A program made the position numbers and the translations under genes. Shown here piece after piece: positions 1-12,625 of a stretch of DNA of 64,000 nucleotides (the stretch's first letter is position 1; the number at the start of each line of letters is the position of its first letter). The notes under the pieces are model-generated. The model searched no databases, had not been told where the DNA came from, and saw nothing but the letters and a program-made list of their open reading frames with translations. Source of the stretch: Octopus vulgaris (lineage: Eukaryota); NCBI GenBank assembly GCA_951406725.2, contig OX597817.1, forward strand, positions 4,650,001 through 4,714,000, in the 5' to 3' direction.

Positions 1-64
1 GGGTCTTCTTGGCCATAGAAGTTACATTCCGAAACGCAACATTATCTGTTTCAACACATTTATA

Positions 65-380
<316 letters not shown>

Positions 381-573
381 GGCGCAGGTGTGATTGTGTG
401 GTAAAGAAACGTGCTTTCTGACTAACCACACGGCTCTGGTTTCAGTCTCACTGCGTGATACTTTCGTCAAGTTTTTTGAACGATAGTCTAGGGTCGACCA
501 AATCTTTGTGAGTGGATTTGGTAGATGTAAACTGAAGAGGTTCGTGGTATCTATCTATCTGGCTATCTATTTA

Positions 574-632
<59 letters not shown>

Positions 633-847
633 ATATGTGATTCTTTTTCTTCGTTTGTCCCCCGTCACCACTTTTTGAAAGACGGTGCTGGTGTTTTTAC
701 GTCTCTGTAACTTATCGGTTCGGCTAAATAGACCAACATAATAATTGCGAAGGTATATAAAAATAGGTACTGGGAGCAATACATTTGACTAAAAATTCTT
801 CAATGCTCCAGCAAGGCTACGATCTGTTGGCTGAAACATGTAAAAGA
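381..847 (+). mobile_element. OK-like tRNA-derived SINE, diverged
   Basis: GGCGCAGG head, internal (TG)n and CTGAAACATGTAAAAG tail. Aligns with 29751-30145. Confidence 0.85.
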
Positions 848-1572
848 TATATATATATATGTAGGTATTGGCTCTATATTTAACAATTATTGCACCAGTG
901 TATAATTTCTTCCTTCGTAATATACATTTGAATGTGTGTGTGTATATGTTTATGTATGAGGGCATGACTGTATATGTTTGTGCAAGTATGTAGATGTAAG
1001 TCAATATGTGTCCGTTGGAATGCATACGTATACATGTGAGACTAAGTTTATATTTATAAGTTTATTCTTCTATGCGTATGTGTGCATGAGTGTGAATCTG
1101 TTGCATACATGTGAGTATGGCATAGTGTGCATGTGAATGGCAGTTTAGATGTATTTTTATTTATAATAAAATGTGCATGTCTCCCTTGAACCCATCAAAA
1201 TATCTGTCCCATATTATAATGAACGATAAATTTACCCCTTGACGCCGTTTTGTCTTCTCAGCATTTTTCTTCTCTTCCTTAATCTGTGCCTTTGTTGATT
1301 GACAGCTCTTGAGCACGCCTACCTGCTTTTTCTACATTCATATCTCAGCTTTAAAAGCCCACTAGCTGAAATTAATAGGCTATATCATGGTTCACTAAGT
1401 TTAAATAACAGCTGATGATGTAGGAGCCTTCTGTAATATGCTGTAATCTGTTATGACTACATTAAATGCATTTCTACCCAAACAGTTGTCACGAACTTAA
1501 CCCTTCATTTGTCTGTTACACACTCATATACACAGATATTCACAGACATACACACAAGTACACATGCTCGCG

Positions 1573-1618
<46 letters not shown>

Positions 1619-2178
1619 GCAATTATATGGAGTTCCTTTAGAATAGCTTCTTAGTAACTCATGATCGCTCTGTGTAGGCAGATATGATATCACAGAAATC
1701 TTGATATTGGTTATTTGTAGATATTCCTGCAGAGATATGGTGCACCATTAAAAGAATGTTTGTATTGATGATAAACCTATGCTGCTTTGTTTTAATTTTA
1801 AGTTGTAGATTTCTAAACCACTGGCAATTCGGAAATTTCTCCTTTTACGTTTTTATCATCAAAAGCTAAGGTGTCATATTGCATCGTATCGAGTAGCTAA
1901 AATGTTGGCACGAATACTAGTGCAGCAAAAACATCATATTGAGTTTACGTGGAAACTGAGAATATTATTTTATTTTACCTTGGTATTATAGTGCCTCGTA
2001 AAGCGTTACTCTTCACATTAATTCCTGAGAACTAGCATCCGCAACAATCCTCGCGGAGATTAGAAGAAATACTCTGGCCTTTGATAGAAGTCGTACTTTT
2101 CTCGTGTTGGCTTTTACATACGTTATCTTTTGTACTACGGTATACGAGTTTTTCAGATATGCGTAGGAGTGGCAGACA

Positions 2179-2349
2179 GGCGTAGGAGTGACTGTGTAGT
2201 AAGTAGCTTGCTTACGAACCACATGGTTCCGGGTTCAGTCCCACTGCGTGGCACCTTGGCCAGGTGTATTCTATTATAGCCTCGGGCCGACCAAAGCCTT
2301 GTGAGTGGATTTGATAAACGGAAACTGAAAGAAGCCCGTCGTATATATG

Positions 2350-2418
<69 letters not shown>

Positions 2419-2871
2419 GTGTATATGTATGTGTATATGTTTTTGTGTCTGTTTGTGTAGTAAGTAGCTTGCTTACGAACCACATGGCTCCGGGTTCAGT
2501 CCCACTGCGTGGCACCTTGGCCAGGTGTATTCTATTATAGCCTCGGGCCGACCAAAGCCTTGTGAGTAGATTCGATCGACGGAAACTGAAAGAAGCCCGT
2601 CGTATATATGTATGTATATATATGTATGTGTGTATATGTATGTGTGTATATGTTTTTGTGTCTGTTTGTCTCCCCAACATCACTTGACAACTGATGGTGG
2701 TGTGTTTACGTCCCTGTAACTTAGCGGTTCAGCAAAAAAGACCGATAGAATAAGTACTAGGCTTACAAAGAATAAGTCTTGGGGTCCATTTGCTTGACTG
2801 AAGGTGGTGCTCCAGCATGACCACAGTCAAATGACTGAAACAAGTAAAAGAGTAACAGAGAGAGTAAGAGT
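2179..2871 (+). mobile_element. OK-like SINE with a tandem duplication of its 5' half
   Basis: B box GGTTCAGTCCC. Segment 2193-2453 is repeated at 2454-2667. Tail is CAAGTAAAAGAG. Confidence 0.92.
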
Positions 2872-3607
2872 ATGCTTCAAGCATTCTGTAGATTTAGTAC
2901 AATTATGCATTTGGTATTTATGTCTTTAATATTGTATAATTTGCTCGTGACGCACAAACAAAGACAACAGTTGTTTTAACAGTATTAAATATATAATCAA
3001 ACTGTCCTCCCTTTTCCCAACTGAAATGCATCTATACTAAACGTATGAAATTGTGTTCCATAATGTACATATTCTTAGACATTGAAGGAACGATTGAAAT
3101 AGTTTAATCATGAAAATGTATTTGCTGATACACGGGCAGTTATAAATGCAAATATGAAACCATGTCTAAAATTTGATATCTTACGAATTTGGATGATAAT
3201 ATATAAGTGTAAAGTAATTTTGCAAGTACGATTGCTATAGTCATTATGTAGCAACAAACCCATAGAAAGCAACATTTGTATGAATTATAAATTACATACC
3301 AGAACCTATCTTCTTACATAATTAATTGGAAAGAAGCAAGCATGGTTACTGGGTTGTAAAGCAGAGGTTTTAGTTACATATTAGCTTTATATTGATACCG
3401 TAGTGGACAGGATATACACATACAATTGTACATACATACACACATACACACGTGTATATGTACGTATATATGTAAATCTATCTGTCTCTCTACCCTTCTA
3501 TATATCTATAATATATATATATTTAATATAAATAATATATAAATATATGCATGTATACATACATATATATATATGTGCGTGTGTGTGTGTATATATATAC
3601 ATGCATA

Positions 3608-4058
3608 TATGGGTACAAGACGTAAAAATCATAGATAGAATGAGAAACGAGAACATAAAAAGCAAAAATGTTGAAAACAATTCTTTTTTTCGAACAACGA
3701 AAAAAGCAAACAAACAGAGAAACGAGACATACAACATTAAGAAAATTCCTTTTATCAGTCGACTCCTGTTTTATCTACTCCGCGTTACGAAGGTAAGGAC
3801 AAAATAAAACTTCGCTAAAACAGTCCTTCTCGCAAGGCATTTGCCTTAAATAAAATTTCGGATGTTTCGTGGAGGGTGAAAGTGGTACAAAAAACAGGAT
3901 AGTGAGAACAAAATAGTAAAAACAACGGTCAGAGCTGTTAAGCCATGACGATGTGAGGTGGTGAACGCTGGAAAAACAAACTTTGAGAAGAGACGGATAA
4001 AAAAACGACTTGTCTTTAGGAAGGGAGTGGAAGAAAGAAAGAATAGCCGTTGGTCACG
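3608..4058 (-). repeat. Microsatellite-embedded dispersed repeat (family B)
   Basis: The reverse complement matches 30220-30505 (shared CGCGGAGTAGAT-AAACAGG and TGTACCCATAT end). TA-rich arrays lie on both sides. Confidence 0.65.
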
Positions 4059-4640
4059 TATATAAATATATATGTGTGTGTGCGAGTGTGTACATATGTG
4101 GGTATGTATGTAGCTGTATATACACATATATAGATATACGCACCACAAATGAAATTCTGTTGAAGGAATAGAAGGAATAAGAAGACTAGTTGTCCAAAAC
4201 ATTTGAAATTTGAAACTGCCGAAATCAAGCAGGAACTACAACTTTAAGATTATGCAAATTTATGATATCGCTCTTGCCATATATCTTTCTTCTGATGCCT
4301 TTGAAAGTAACACTCAACAAACTCATGGTTCTTTTTTAAAAAATTGATATATCTTTAAGCGTACCTTGTTCTTACTATTGTTTGTCTGGTTTTGTTGTCA
4401 TTTCCTTTTACGTATTTTTTTTTTTGGTCATTCTTTTATTTGCAGATATTACTGTTTTCCCCTCTTGTGTTTATGCTGTTTAATATTGTAAGTCTTGCTG
4501 TTGTTCTGCTACTGCTGTTGATCTGATGGTGTTGGTGGGTGCTGATGTCAGTGTTGTTGCTGTTGGTATTATGCGGCGTGGTAATGCTGCAGTTTGTGAT
4601 GGCATTTGAAGTAGCAGTTCTATATTCAGTTGTTGCTTGC

Positions 4641-5007
4641 TTGTTTGTTTGTTGAGCGAAGCGGTCTTCGTTCCGTCTGTAGTGGGAGAAGTCCGAAACG
4701 TGGTCCTTTGCTATTCGTAAGACCCGAAGAAGAGAAAGCAGGTCAACCCCCGATACTGAGAGCATCGACGGATGGATGAATGCGCATCAGCGGTTGCGTA
4801 GGAAGTCGGGGACAAGAAACAGGAAGAAGGAGTGAGAGAAAGTTGGAGCGAAAGAGTACAACAGGGCTCGCCACGACCCCCCTACCGAAGCCTTGTGGAG
4901 CTTTAGGTGTCTTCATTCAATAAACACACATAGCGCCCGGTCTGGGAATCGAAACCGCGATCCTCCCACCGCGAGTCCGCTGCCCTAACCATTGGGCCAT
5001 TGCGCCT
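4641..5007 (-). mobile_element. OR1-like tRNA-derived SINE
   Basis: Minus-strand head AGGCGCAATGGCCCAATGGTTAGGGCAGCGGACTCGCGG...GGTTTCGATTCCCAG has Pol III A and B boxes. The head is shared with 49171-49506. Confidence 0.88.
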
Positions 5008-5409
5008 CCTGTTGTTGCTGTTGATATTATGTGTGGTAATGCTGCAGTTTGTGATGACAGTTGAGGTAACAGTTCTATATTCAGTTCTTGCTGTTGCTGC
5101 TGTTTGGCGTGTGGTTTTCCGTCTTAACGAAGTTTCCGCTTTTTGAATAAGACGACCGTCACGTGGTGTCTACGCCATCTTCATCTCAACAAATTGGCAT
5201 CCATATTATCCACTTCCTTGTCGTAGCTTCTTGCTAATGAGAAGAAGAGCGAAGCAACATCTGTATTCGTGAGTGTGGAAACGTTATTGCTTGTGTTTCT
5301 GTTCTTTTGAAAACGCTCCCCTCAGGAGATTTCCTTGCTGTGCTGTTGATGAATAGTTCAAGGTATGGCTAGATCTTCGAGTGAGGAACTAGATCGTTCT
5401 CGTTCTCTA

Positions 5410-5621
5410 TAATCGATCTTTGTTATTCAATACCTCCTTATCGATCGTTCCTTCGACCCCTTACACTTTTTTCGACTGTCATTCTCTTCATCGGGCCTCA
5501 GGTGTTCCTTATTAACGTGTTGGTCTACGACTTCGATTATCCTTGTTAAGAGTTTCCAGATAATTGGCAGATGCATAAAAGATCGATAGTTTACGGTAGC
5601 TTTTCCTTTCAATATGCATTT

Positions 5622-5693
<72 letters not shown>

Positions 5694-5710
5694 CAGTAGT
5701 AGTAGTGGTG

Positions 5711-5768
<58 letters not shown>

Positions 5769-6950
5769 GTTTTTCCTTTTGTAATCCAAATAATTGCACC
5801 TCTTTTGATATGCATTCATTTAGTAATATTACAAAGTTTTGATGGAAATCCGTAACCGCTTTCATCATTTAATCTTAAACAATATCTGGTCTGGCTCTTT
5901 GCCATTTTCCTAATTTCTTAACTGCTTACACGATATTTGCTTTTGTTAAGTTAACATTTTCATGCGAATCAACGTTTTCACAATAATTTTCTATTTATTT
6001 TAACAACAGTGTTATTAAGTTTGCCATTTTCCACCAAACTTTCACCTAAAAAGTATGCTTGCTTTGAGTATTTGGCGTGTATAAGTTCTATAATTTCCTT
6101 AACGAATATATCAAATTGACCTTTTAGGTTTGAATGGAAAAGTGACATTACTTATATTTCATATTTTTGCTTATTTTCTAATAATGTTTACTCTCTTCTT
6201 TTATTCCTCTTTATACCAATTTCTTTTTTGCTTTCATAGTATACCTGCTCTATAATATACGTTTTTTTTTTGCCTTCCTTCAACTGGTCCAGTTTACACT
6301 GCAGCTAATCATCATTAGCATCCGTTTTCTTCAGCAAGATATCTGTTAGTACTTGTTTCGTCTTTTCTTTATCTCCAAAATGTCTGCATCTATATTAATC
6401 GTTGCTTTTATGAATGCGTTGTTATCTTTAGTGATTTCATTTAATCTTATAAATCACACAGTAGACTTTCAACGTTTTACCTTTCAACTTACCTTCAGTC
6501 ACTGTTCTTAAATTAACTGACCCAATGACTACCTGTTCCTTTAGTTTCTGTTTCATTTCTTTAAGGACTACTATTTGATCATCTTCAAGGGTATCCACAT
6601 TAGGTTTACAACATCTTGGCCCTGCTTTAGATGGTAGTTTGGTAAACTTGTGTTCACTTGAATGTTTCCATTCTCTTCATAATTTCGACAGTTGCTCTCA
6701 TTCATCTGCTTTTAATATGTTGGTTTATATATTAATATTTCTTCAATTTCTTTACCAGAGATATGCCTTTCATTCTTCATATATAGTACATAATCTGTTT
6801 GCTGTTTTGTATTGAGTTGAAATATATACATAACGTTTCATAAGTTCAGTCTCGTTTGCAGATTTCTCGCTACCTTGGTTCACTTCTTAAATAAGATGCC
6901 ATTGCAAAAATTGTGGACTTCCGTTTACACTTAATTTTTTGCAAAGCAGT
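5410..6950 (-). mobile_element. Decayed R4/Dong-like LINE, N-terminal RT region
   Basis: Peptide NYRSFMHLPIIWKLLTRII...LRPDEENDSRKKCKGSKE parallels NYRPITCLPTMFK...FPEEQKGCRKGSYGCKD in the young copy at 62 kb. Interrupted by (TAG/TGG)n. The 6950 boundary is approximate. Confidence 0.7.
5622..5767. repeat. Compound (TAG)n/(TGG)n microsatellite
   Basis: Seen directly in the sequence. Confidence 0.97.
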
Positions 6951-7459
6951 AACAAGATAATACCCGGTTCTAGAATACTGCACCGTAGCCCAACTATCGG
7001 GAGAAAGATCTTTTACCAGGAGTTCAATCTTCCGACATAAAGGTTTTTATCATCATTAAATTTAGATTTGACCTAATGCACATATATCATTACAGTAAAT
7101 TTTAAGATAATTGATAATTATTATAACTGAGTTAACTTGGTGTGAGATTGCTGAACGGGAATAATTTCCAGTTGACAGCAAGCAACACCCAACTCTTCTT
7201 CTGGCCCTTGCTGTTCAAAACAATGTAGTTTCCGCAGCAGCTTCAAACTACTTTCAAGTTGTAAGATATATAACGGGGATTTCAAAACAGTTGCAAACAC
7301 TCAGAAGGCGACAGCTACAACATGAATTACCATTTGCTTCCTTTAAGTTTCTTATTTTTTATTCCGAATCACTTCTCAATCTGTTGTAGTCGGTCACACT
7401 CCAACATTTTGATTTTTATATTCTTGTTCTTGGGGGATTACAATATCATTAATATCACA

Positions 7460-7483
7460 CAGCTACTGCAGCTGCTGCTGCTG

Positions 7484-7523
<40 letters not shown>

Positions 7524-7550
7524 ACTACCACCACCACCACCACCACCACC

Positions 7551-7600
<50 letters not shown>

Positions 7601-7682
7601 CACTACCACCACCACCACCACCACCACCACCACCACCACCACCACCACCACCACCACCACCACCACCACCACCACCACCACC

Positions 7683-7725
<43 letters not shown>

Positions 7726-7733
7726 TTACTACT
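7460..7733. repeat. Compound (CTG)n/(CTA)n/(CCA)n microsatellite
   Basis: Seen directly in the sequence. Confidence 0.97.
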
Positions 7734-9264
7734 ATACATTTTCCCGCTCTTACAGTATCGATTTTTACCTCCGAACTAATACGAATATGGACAAATGATT
7801 ACATCACAAAGAAATAAGATGTAGAATCATATAATTATTCGTTATCTTTCACCTCAGTGTTTTGTTATTCTACGGATTATTTCAATTAATCTTGGAGGCT
7901 TTCTAGGATCCGATTACTGGAATTAAATGTTCATCTCTGCATCTACATACATACGCATGCACACAAAAGCACACATACACACACATATTAGCAGATAGAT
8001 AGATATAGATATATACATGCATATACATAGCTATAGGAATATCGATAAACACATGCATGTATATATATATATATATAAATGCATATATGTGTGTATGTGT
8101 TTGTGTGTGTTTGTATGTATGTATATGCATATTTCTCTAACTCTATGTTGCATATATATGTGTGTGTGTGTTTGTGTACGTGTGTGCATGTGTATGTATG
8201 TGTGTGTGTGTGTAGCACTTTATTCCTCTTACGTAAAGAAAAACAGTCCAGCACACCTACACACACGTAATTGGCGGTGAATTAACAGCGTCTTTACAGC
8301 ACCAGTTAAAATTCATCGCGATGTTTATTCTCACTATAAGCTATAGGAGCTCAAATCCAACTGAAGTCAATTTTGCATTTCATCCACTTTCGAAGTTATT
8401 TAAAAACTGAGTACGAATCCAGGAGACTTTTTTTGTTGAAAGTCATAACGTCCAACCGCACGCCAAGCAGTGTTTGTTAACACTCTTTGCATCTTAAGTT
8501 CAAACCATCCTGTGGCCTGTATAGATTGTAGAATTAAAGCTGTGTTCTTCTGTAATCAGCTCCTTGTAAATTGTTAGCATGATGTTGGATCTGGGGACAC
8601 AAAATCCTTCCTCTCATCTAGTCAGAGATGTCCTGTGAAGTGTCAAAAGCTTTCTTTTCCTCCCAAACAAAATACAATATAAATGTATACACGCTGAATT
8701 TCATATAAAATTGAACTCATATATTTATATAATATACCTGTCATTTTTGCTATTATAAAAAATATGCTATGGAATATGTAACACACACTATAATAATATT
8801 GAAAAGCTTCTCTAAGTTCTAATGAGTTTTGTCGTAATTAAACATTTGAATACAGGAGGGCAAAGGAAGGGGATTCCCAGTGCTCACCGTGTACTTATTT
8901 TCAGGTGTATATTCTGTGACCTTTTACCTGCAGTCCATTTTCTTACATAACATTTTTATCACCATTAAATTTACTTCAACGTGCTATGATGTACCTTTTT
9001 GCACTCGGTCGAGGTACTGTAACCACGACTTTATAATCATGAGACTAGTATACCACACTACTAGTCCACTTAATGCATCAGCATTTTTCACGTTTTTCCT
9101 CTCATTGTTTAATCGTTTTCTCACAGACAAGCGTCTTTGTTTTCAAATAGGGATAACAGTATACACTGAACCTGAATGATTGCTTGAAGACACACAGCAT
9201 ATGATAGAAACTTTATAAATCTGCCACATAACTATACCTTTTCCGTTAGTAGCTAATTTCTAAA

Positions 9265-9413
<149 letters not shown>

Positions 9414-9432
9414 TAAAGTGTACATACGCCGC

Positions 9433-9643
9433 TATATATATATAAAATACAAAATGGGACAAGAACGCAAAACATCCGAACAACTAGGTGATACAAAACG
9501 GGGCATCAAAACATCCAGATAGACGATACAAAAAAACAAGGACGGTTCATTCGAAGCTGTCTATCTGATGTTTTGTTGTCCCTTTTTGTATCACGTAGTC
9601 GTCTGGATGTTTTGCGTTCTCGTCCCATTTTTTATTATATATA
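9433..9643. repeat. Foldback element with imperfect arms of about 74 bp, flanked by TA
   Basis: 9451-9524 (AAAATGGGACAAGAACGCAAAACATCC...CAGATAGAC) is the reverse complement of 9559-9631. Confidence 0.85.
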
Positions 9644-10079
9644 ATTGGTATAAGCAGCACGTTGAAATGTTTCACCAAAAGGAGAATTATAATTGTCACT
9701 AAATGGGGGTTAATCAAACCTTTTAAGAGCAAAATAAAAATTGAAAGCATGCGTATCCTAAATATCATCAACTCCAATGTCAATATTGTTTCAAGTTTTA
9801 ACCACTGGGATTGCAGTGTCGCTGTAATTAACTTGAATCTGAGTTACCATGAGTGTAGCAACCTGCATATTTACACACAGTTCACTATCGTTGATTTCTA
9901 GTTCTGTAGTATTGAAACGTTTCGCTGAAAATTCAAGTCTTTACCAGAAATATATATGGAATCAATATCAACGGCGTCGAGGATCACCAACAAATGGTGT
10001 TCGCAGCCACACGCTGTTACAGTCCATACCCCTGTACGATTATACTGCTACTGCCACTATTGCTGCTTTTGCTGCTGCA

Positions 10080-10119
<40 letters not shown>

Positions 10120-10442
10120 TGAACGGCAGTCAGTTACTCCTATTTCACGGTGACAACTGCAATATTCAAGGGCCAAAATAGAACATTCTTCCCTTATCAG
10201 AGGTAATGCTGCTGCTGCTGCACACACTAACATGCTATATTGCATCAATGGAGAGTTCATTTCGTCCATTTGCAACCCTTCATTAAGGGACACGCATCTG
10301 CTCTGCCCAATAACTTTGCTGTGTTTTTTTTCCCGTAGTAGCTGAGTCTCGTCGGAACTGGCTAGTCCATCACTACCATTTCTGATCCACTCGTCTCTCT
10401 ACATTTCAGCAATCTTCATCCTCAACGTTTCTCTGTACTCAC

Positions 10443-10612
10443 CACAATACTTAGCCTTTCCTGCCCAGAGCAAAAGACTTTAGAAATCTCCTGTCGCTTG
10501 TGTTTTCGTTTTAATATGCTCTGCAACTGTTTAAACAAATCATTAACATCATCTGTCTCTAATGGCATTGTGGTATAACTGGAAAAGACGTGCTGGTCTT
10601 CATTTTCTAGAT
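10443..10612 (-). other. Candidate 170-bp exon or decayed coding remnant, unidentified
   Basis: TAG acceptor at 10615-10613 and GTGAGT donor at 10442-10437. Open frame DLENEDQHVFSSYTTMPLETDDVNDLFKQLQSILKRKHKRQEISKVFCSGQERLSIV. No family recognised. Confidence 0.3.
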
Positions 10613-10847
10613 CTATATAATAATTTAATCGATTAAATATCATTCGAATGGTAGACAGAATTACTGTATCATATTATCACGTAACATTAGAAGATCTGAA
10701 ACGAGTGTAAGTGAATTATGGCCTAAAAGTTATGAATTAAAAATGTATAATTCTTTATTCTTCTTTGTCTTACACGTGTGTGCATGTATGTATGCATGCA
10801 TATATGTATATACATGTGTGCTTGTACTTCCTTCCACATATGTGTAG

Positions 10848-10901
<54 letters not shown>

Positions 10902-11962
10902 TACATATATGTATATATAACATATATATATATATATATACATATACCATTAGCTTTCTACAAACACATATTAATAAATCTATGTGCGAGTTTCTACCGT
11001 GTAATTTACAAGAGCGTTTTGTAATGTATTTCTGCATAACATGCGTTAAATTTCAGATATCTTATCTCGCCCACAATTGTGAAATTGAACCTATCAGCTA
11101 ATGTGCATTCTGTTTCTTTTGTATGAATTCGCATGTGATTTTTATTCGTCTGCAGAAACAATAAAGAATAATTAATTGTCAAACAAATATTCTCAAATGG
11201 TTTAAATAACGTGATATTATTGTATCAATTCAAACTTATTCATTTTTGTCAATCATGATTTTTTAATTGCGTAAAGAAGGCTAAATATAAACTAACAAAT
11301 ATCCATGCGTAGATTTACGCACAAAGGCATTGTACGTGCACTTGAAATAGTTAACGTATACGTTTCCCTCTTAGACTGTTTCTTCGCGTAACTTCAAATT
11401 TTCTATTACGTCTCATTGCTCAAATATCTTTAATCTTGCTGTATGAAGTCATATTTTCCGGGATGACTTTTGCATTATTCATAAGGATAAGATGTTATTG
11501 ATATACTTACGTTTCGTCTACTCTTTGTTACGAATACTTTTTTTTAATGCTATGATAACGTATACAAAGCTTGCGCCATACAATCGATTAATCTCTACTT
11601 GTTTGATAATATAGATGAATTTGTTATTGCTTGAAAATTCAAACATATTCTCATAGTTAATACAAGAATTCTGGAATATTGTAGATATTTGTTAGAAACA
11701 ACGTGTTTTGTGTGATAACGCAATTCTCGTAATAGATTGTTCTCGTAACAAGCAAAACCCGCATTTAATCTTTAAATCTGCAAATACAGTCAAATATAGG
11801 TTAGTCAGAGATAGTTATATAGGTTGGGAGATAAACATATATGGTGTATCTTTTGGAAGATAATTTTATTCCATCAATTAATTCTGAATGTATTTTCTTA
11901 TTTCTCACTGCATCATACAATAAAAACCCTGAAACCTGACTGTACAGCCGAATAACTACATA

Positions 11963-12625
11963 CAGGGTATCAGGCTAAATTTGATGAATCATTATCTTTT
12001 CTTTTTCAGCAACTGCTTGACTATTGGCTGACAGATGTATTGGTTAAGATAATGAATATTAAAGATGTACTTGAGAAAAAGTTACCTGACATGGAGAACT
12101 GAAAGCCATTTGAATATTAGGAAAGAGTTAACTGCATCATGATGATTCGCGCCGGATATAAAAATGCCGACATCATGACTGCTGTCAAATGCTCTGTGAA
12201 CACTTTAAAGGCCATAAGAGGTAGCATGGATATCATGAAAATCAAATTACCCAAATTGTAAGGGTGTGTGAGTATATCTACCGTGAAGGTGACATCATGC
12301 CATCCCACTTCTCTGACTTAGTCTCAATTCAGACAGGCATGAGAAGTTGCTGTGGATTGTGGTCCGTCCCTAGCTGGAGATGTTTGCCTCTGGAAGACCA
12401 AAAGTATTACAGCAGCATTCGGCTCCCTGTCATACGTCTTGCCATACACGGAAAAACCTCCGTAGTGATTCTTGAAGAATTTATCTGACTTTATCAGACC
12501 CAATTTCTGGCCTTCTAATTTCCATGATTGTAAACCCATAGAATATTATTTGTGGGTTGCGATTGAGAGAAACGTCAACCATTCTACCAGCAACACCATG
12601 ACCGAGCTGGTGACCAAGAGAGCTT
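11963..12625 (+). mobile_element. Decayed Tc1/mariner transposon (probably DD37D/maT-like)
   Basis: Starts TA-CAGGG. Peptides QQHSAPCHT and FWPSNFHDCKPIEYYLW resemble QQDSAPxH and WPPNSPDLNPLDYYVW. Confidence 0.75.

Noticed and set aside
4940-5007. tRNA-like sequence (also the heads of the other SINEs)
   Set aside because: A and B boxes are present, but there is no closed acceptor stem and it continues into a SINE body, so it is not a tRNA gene.
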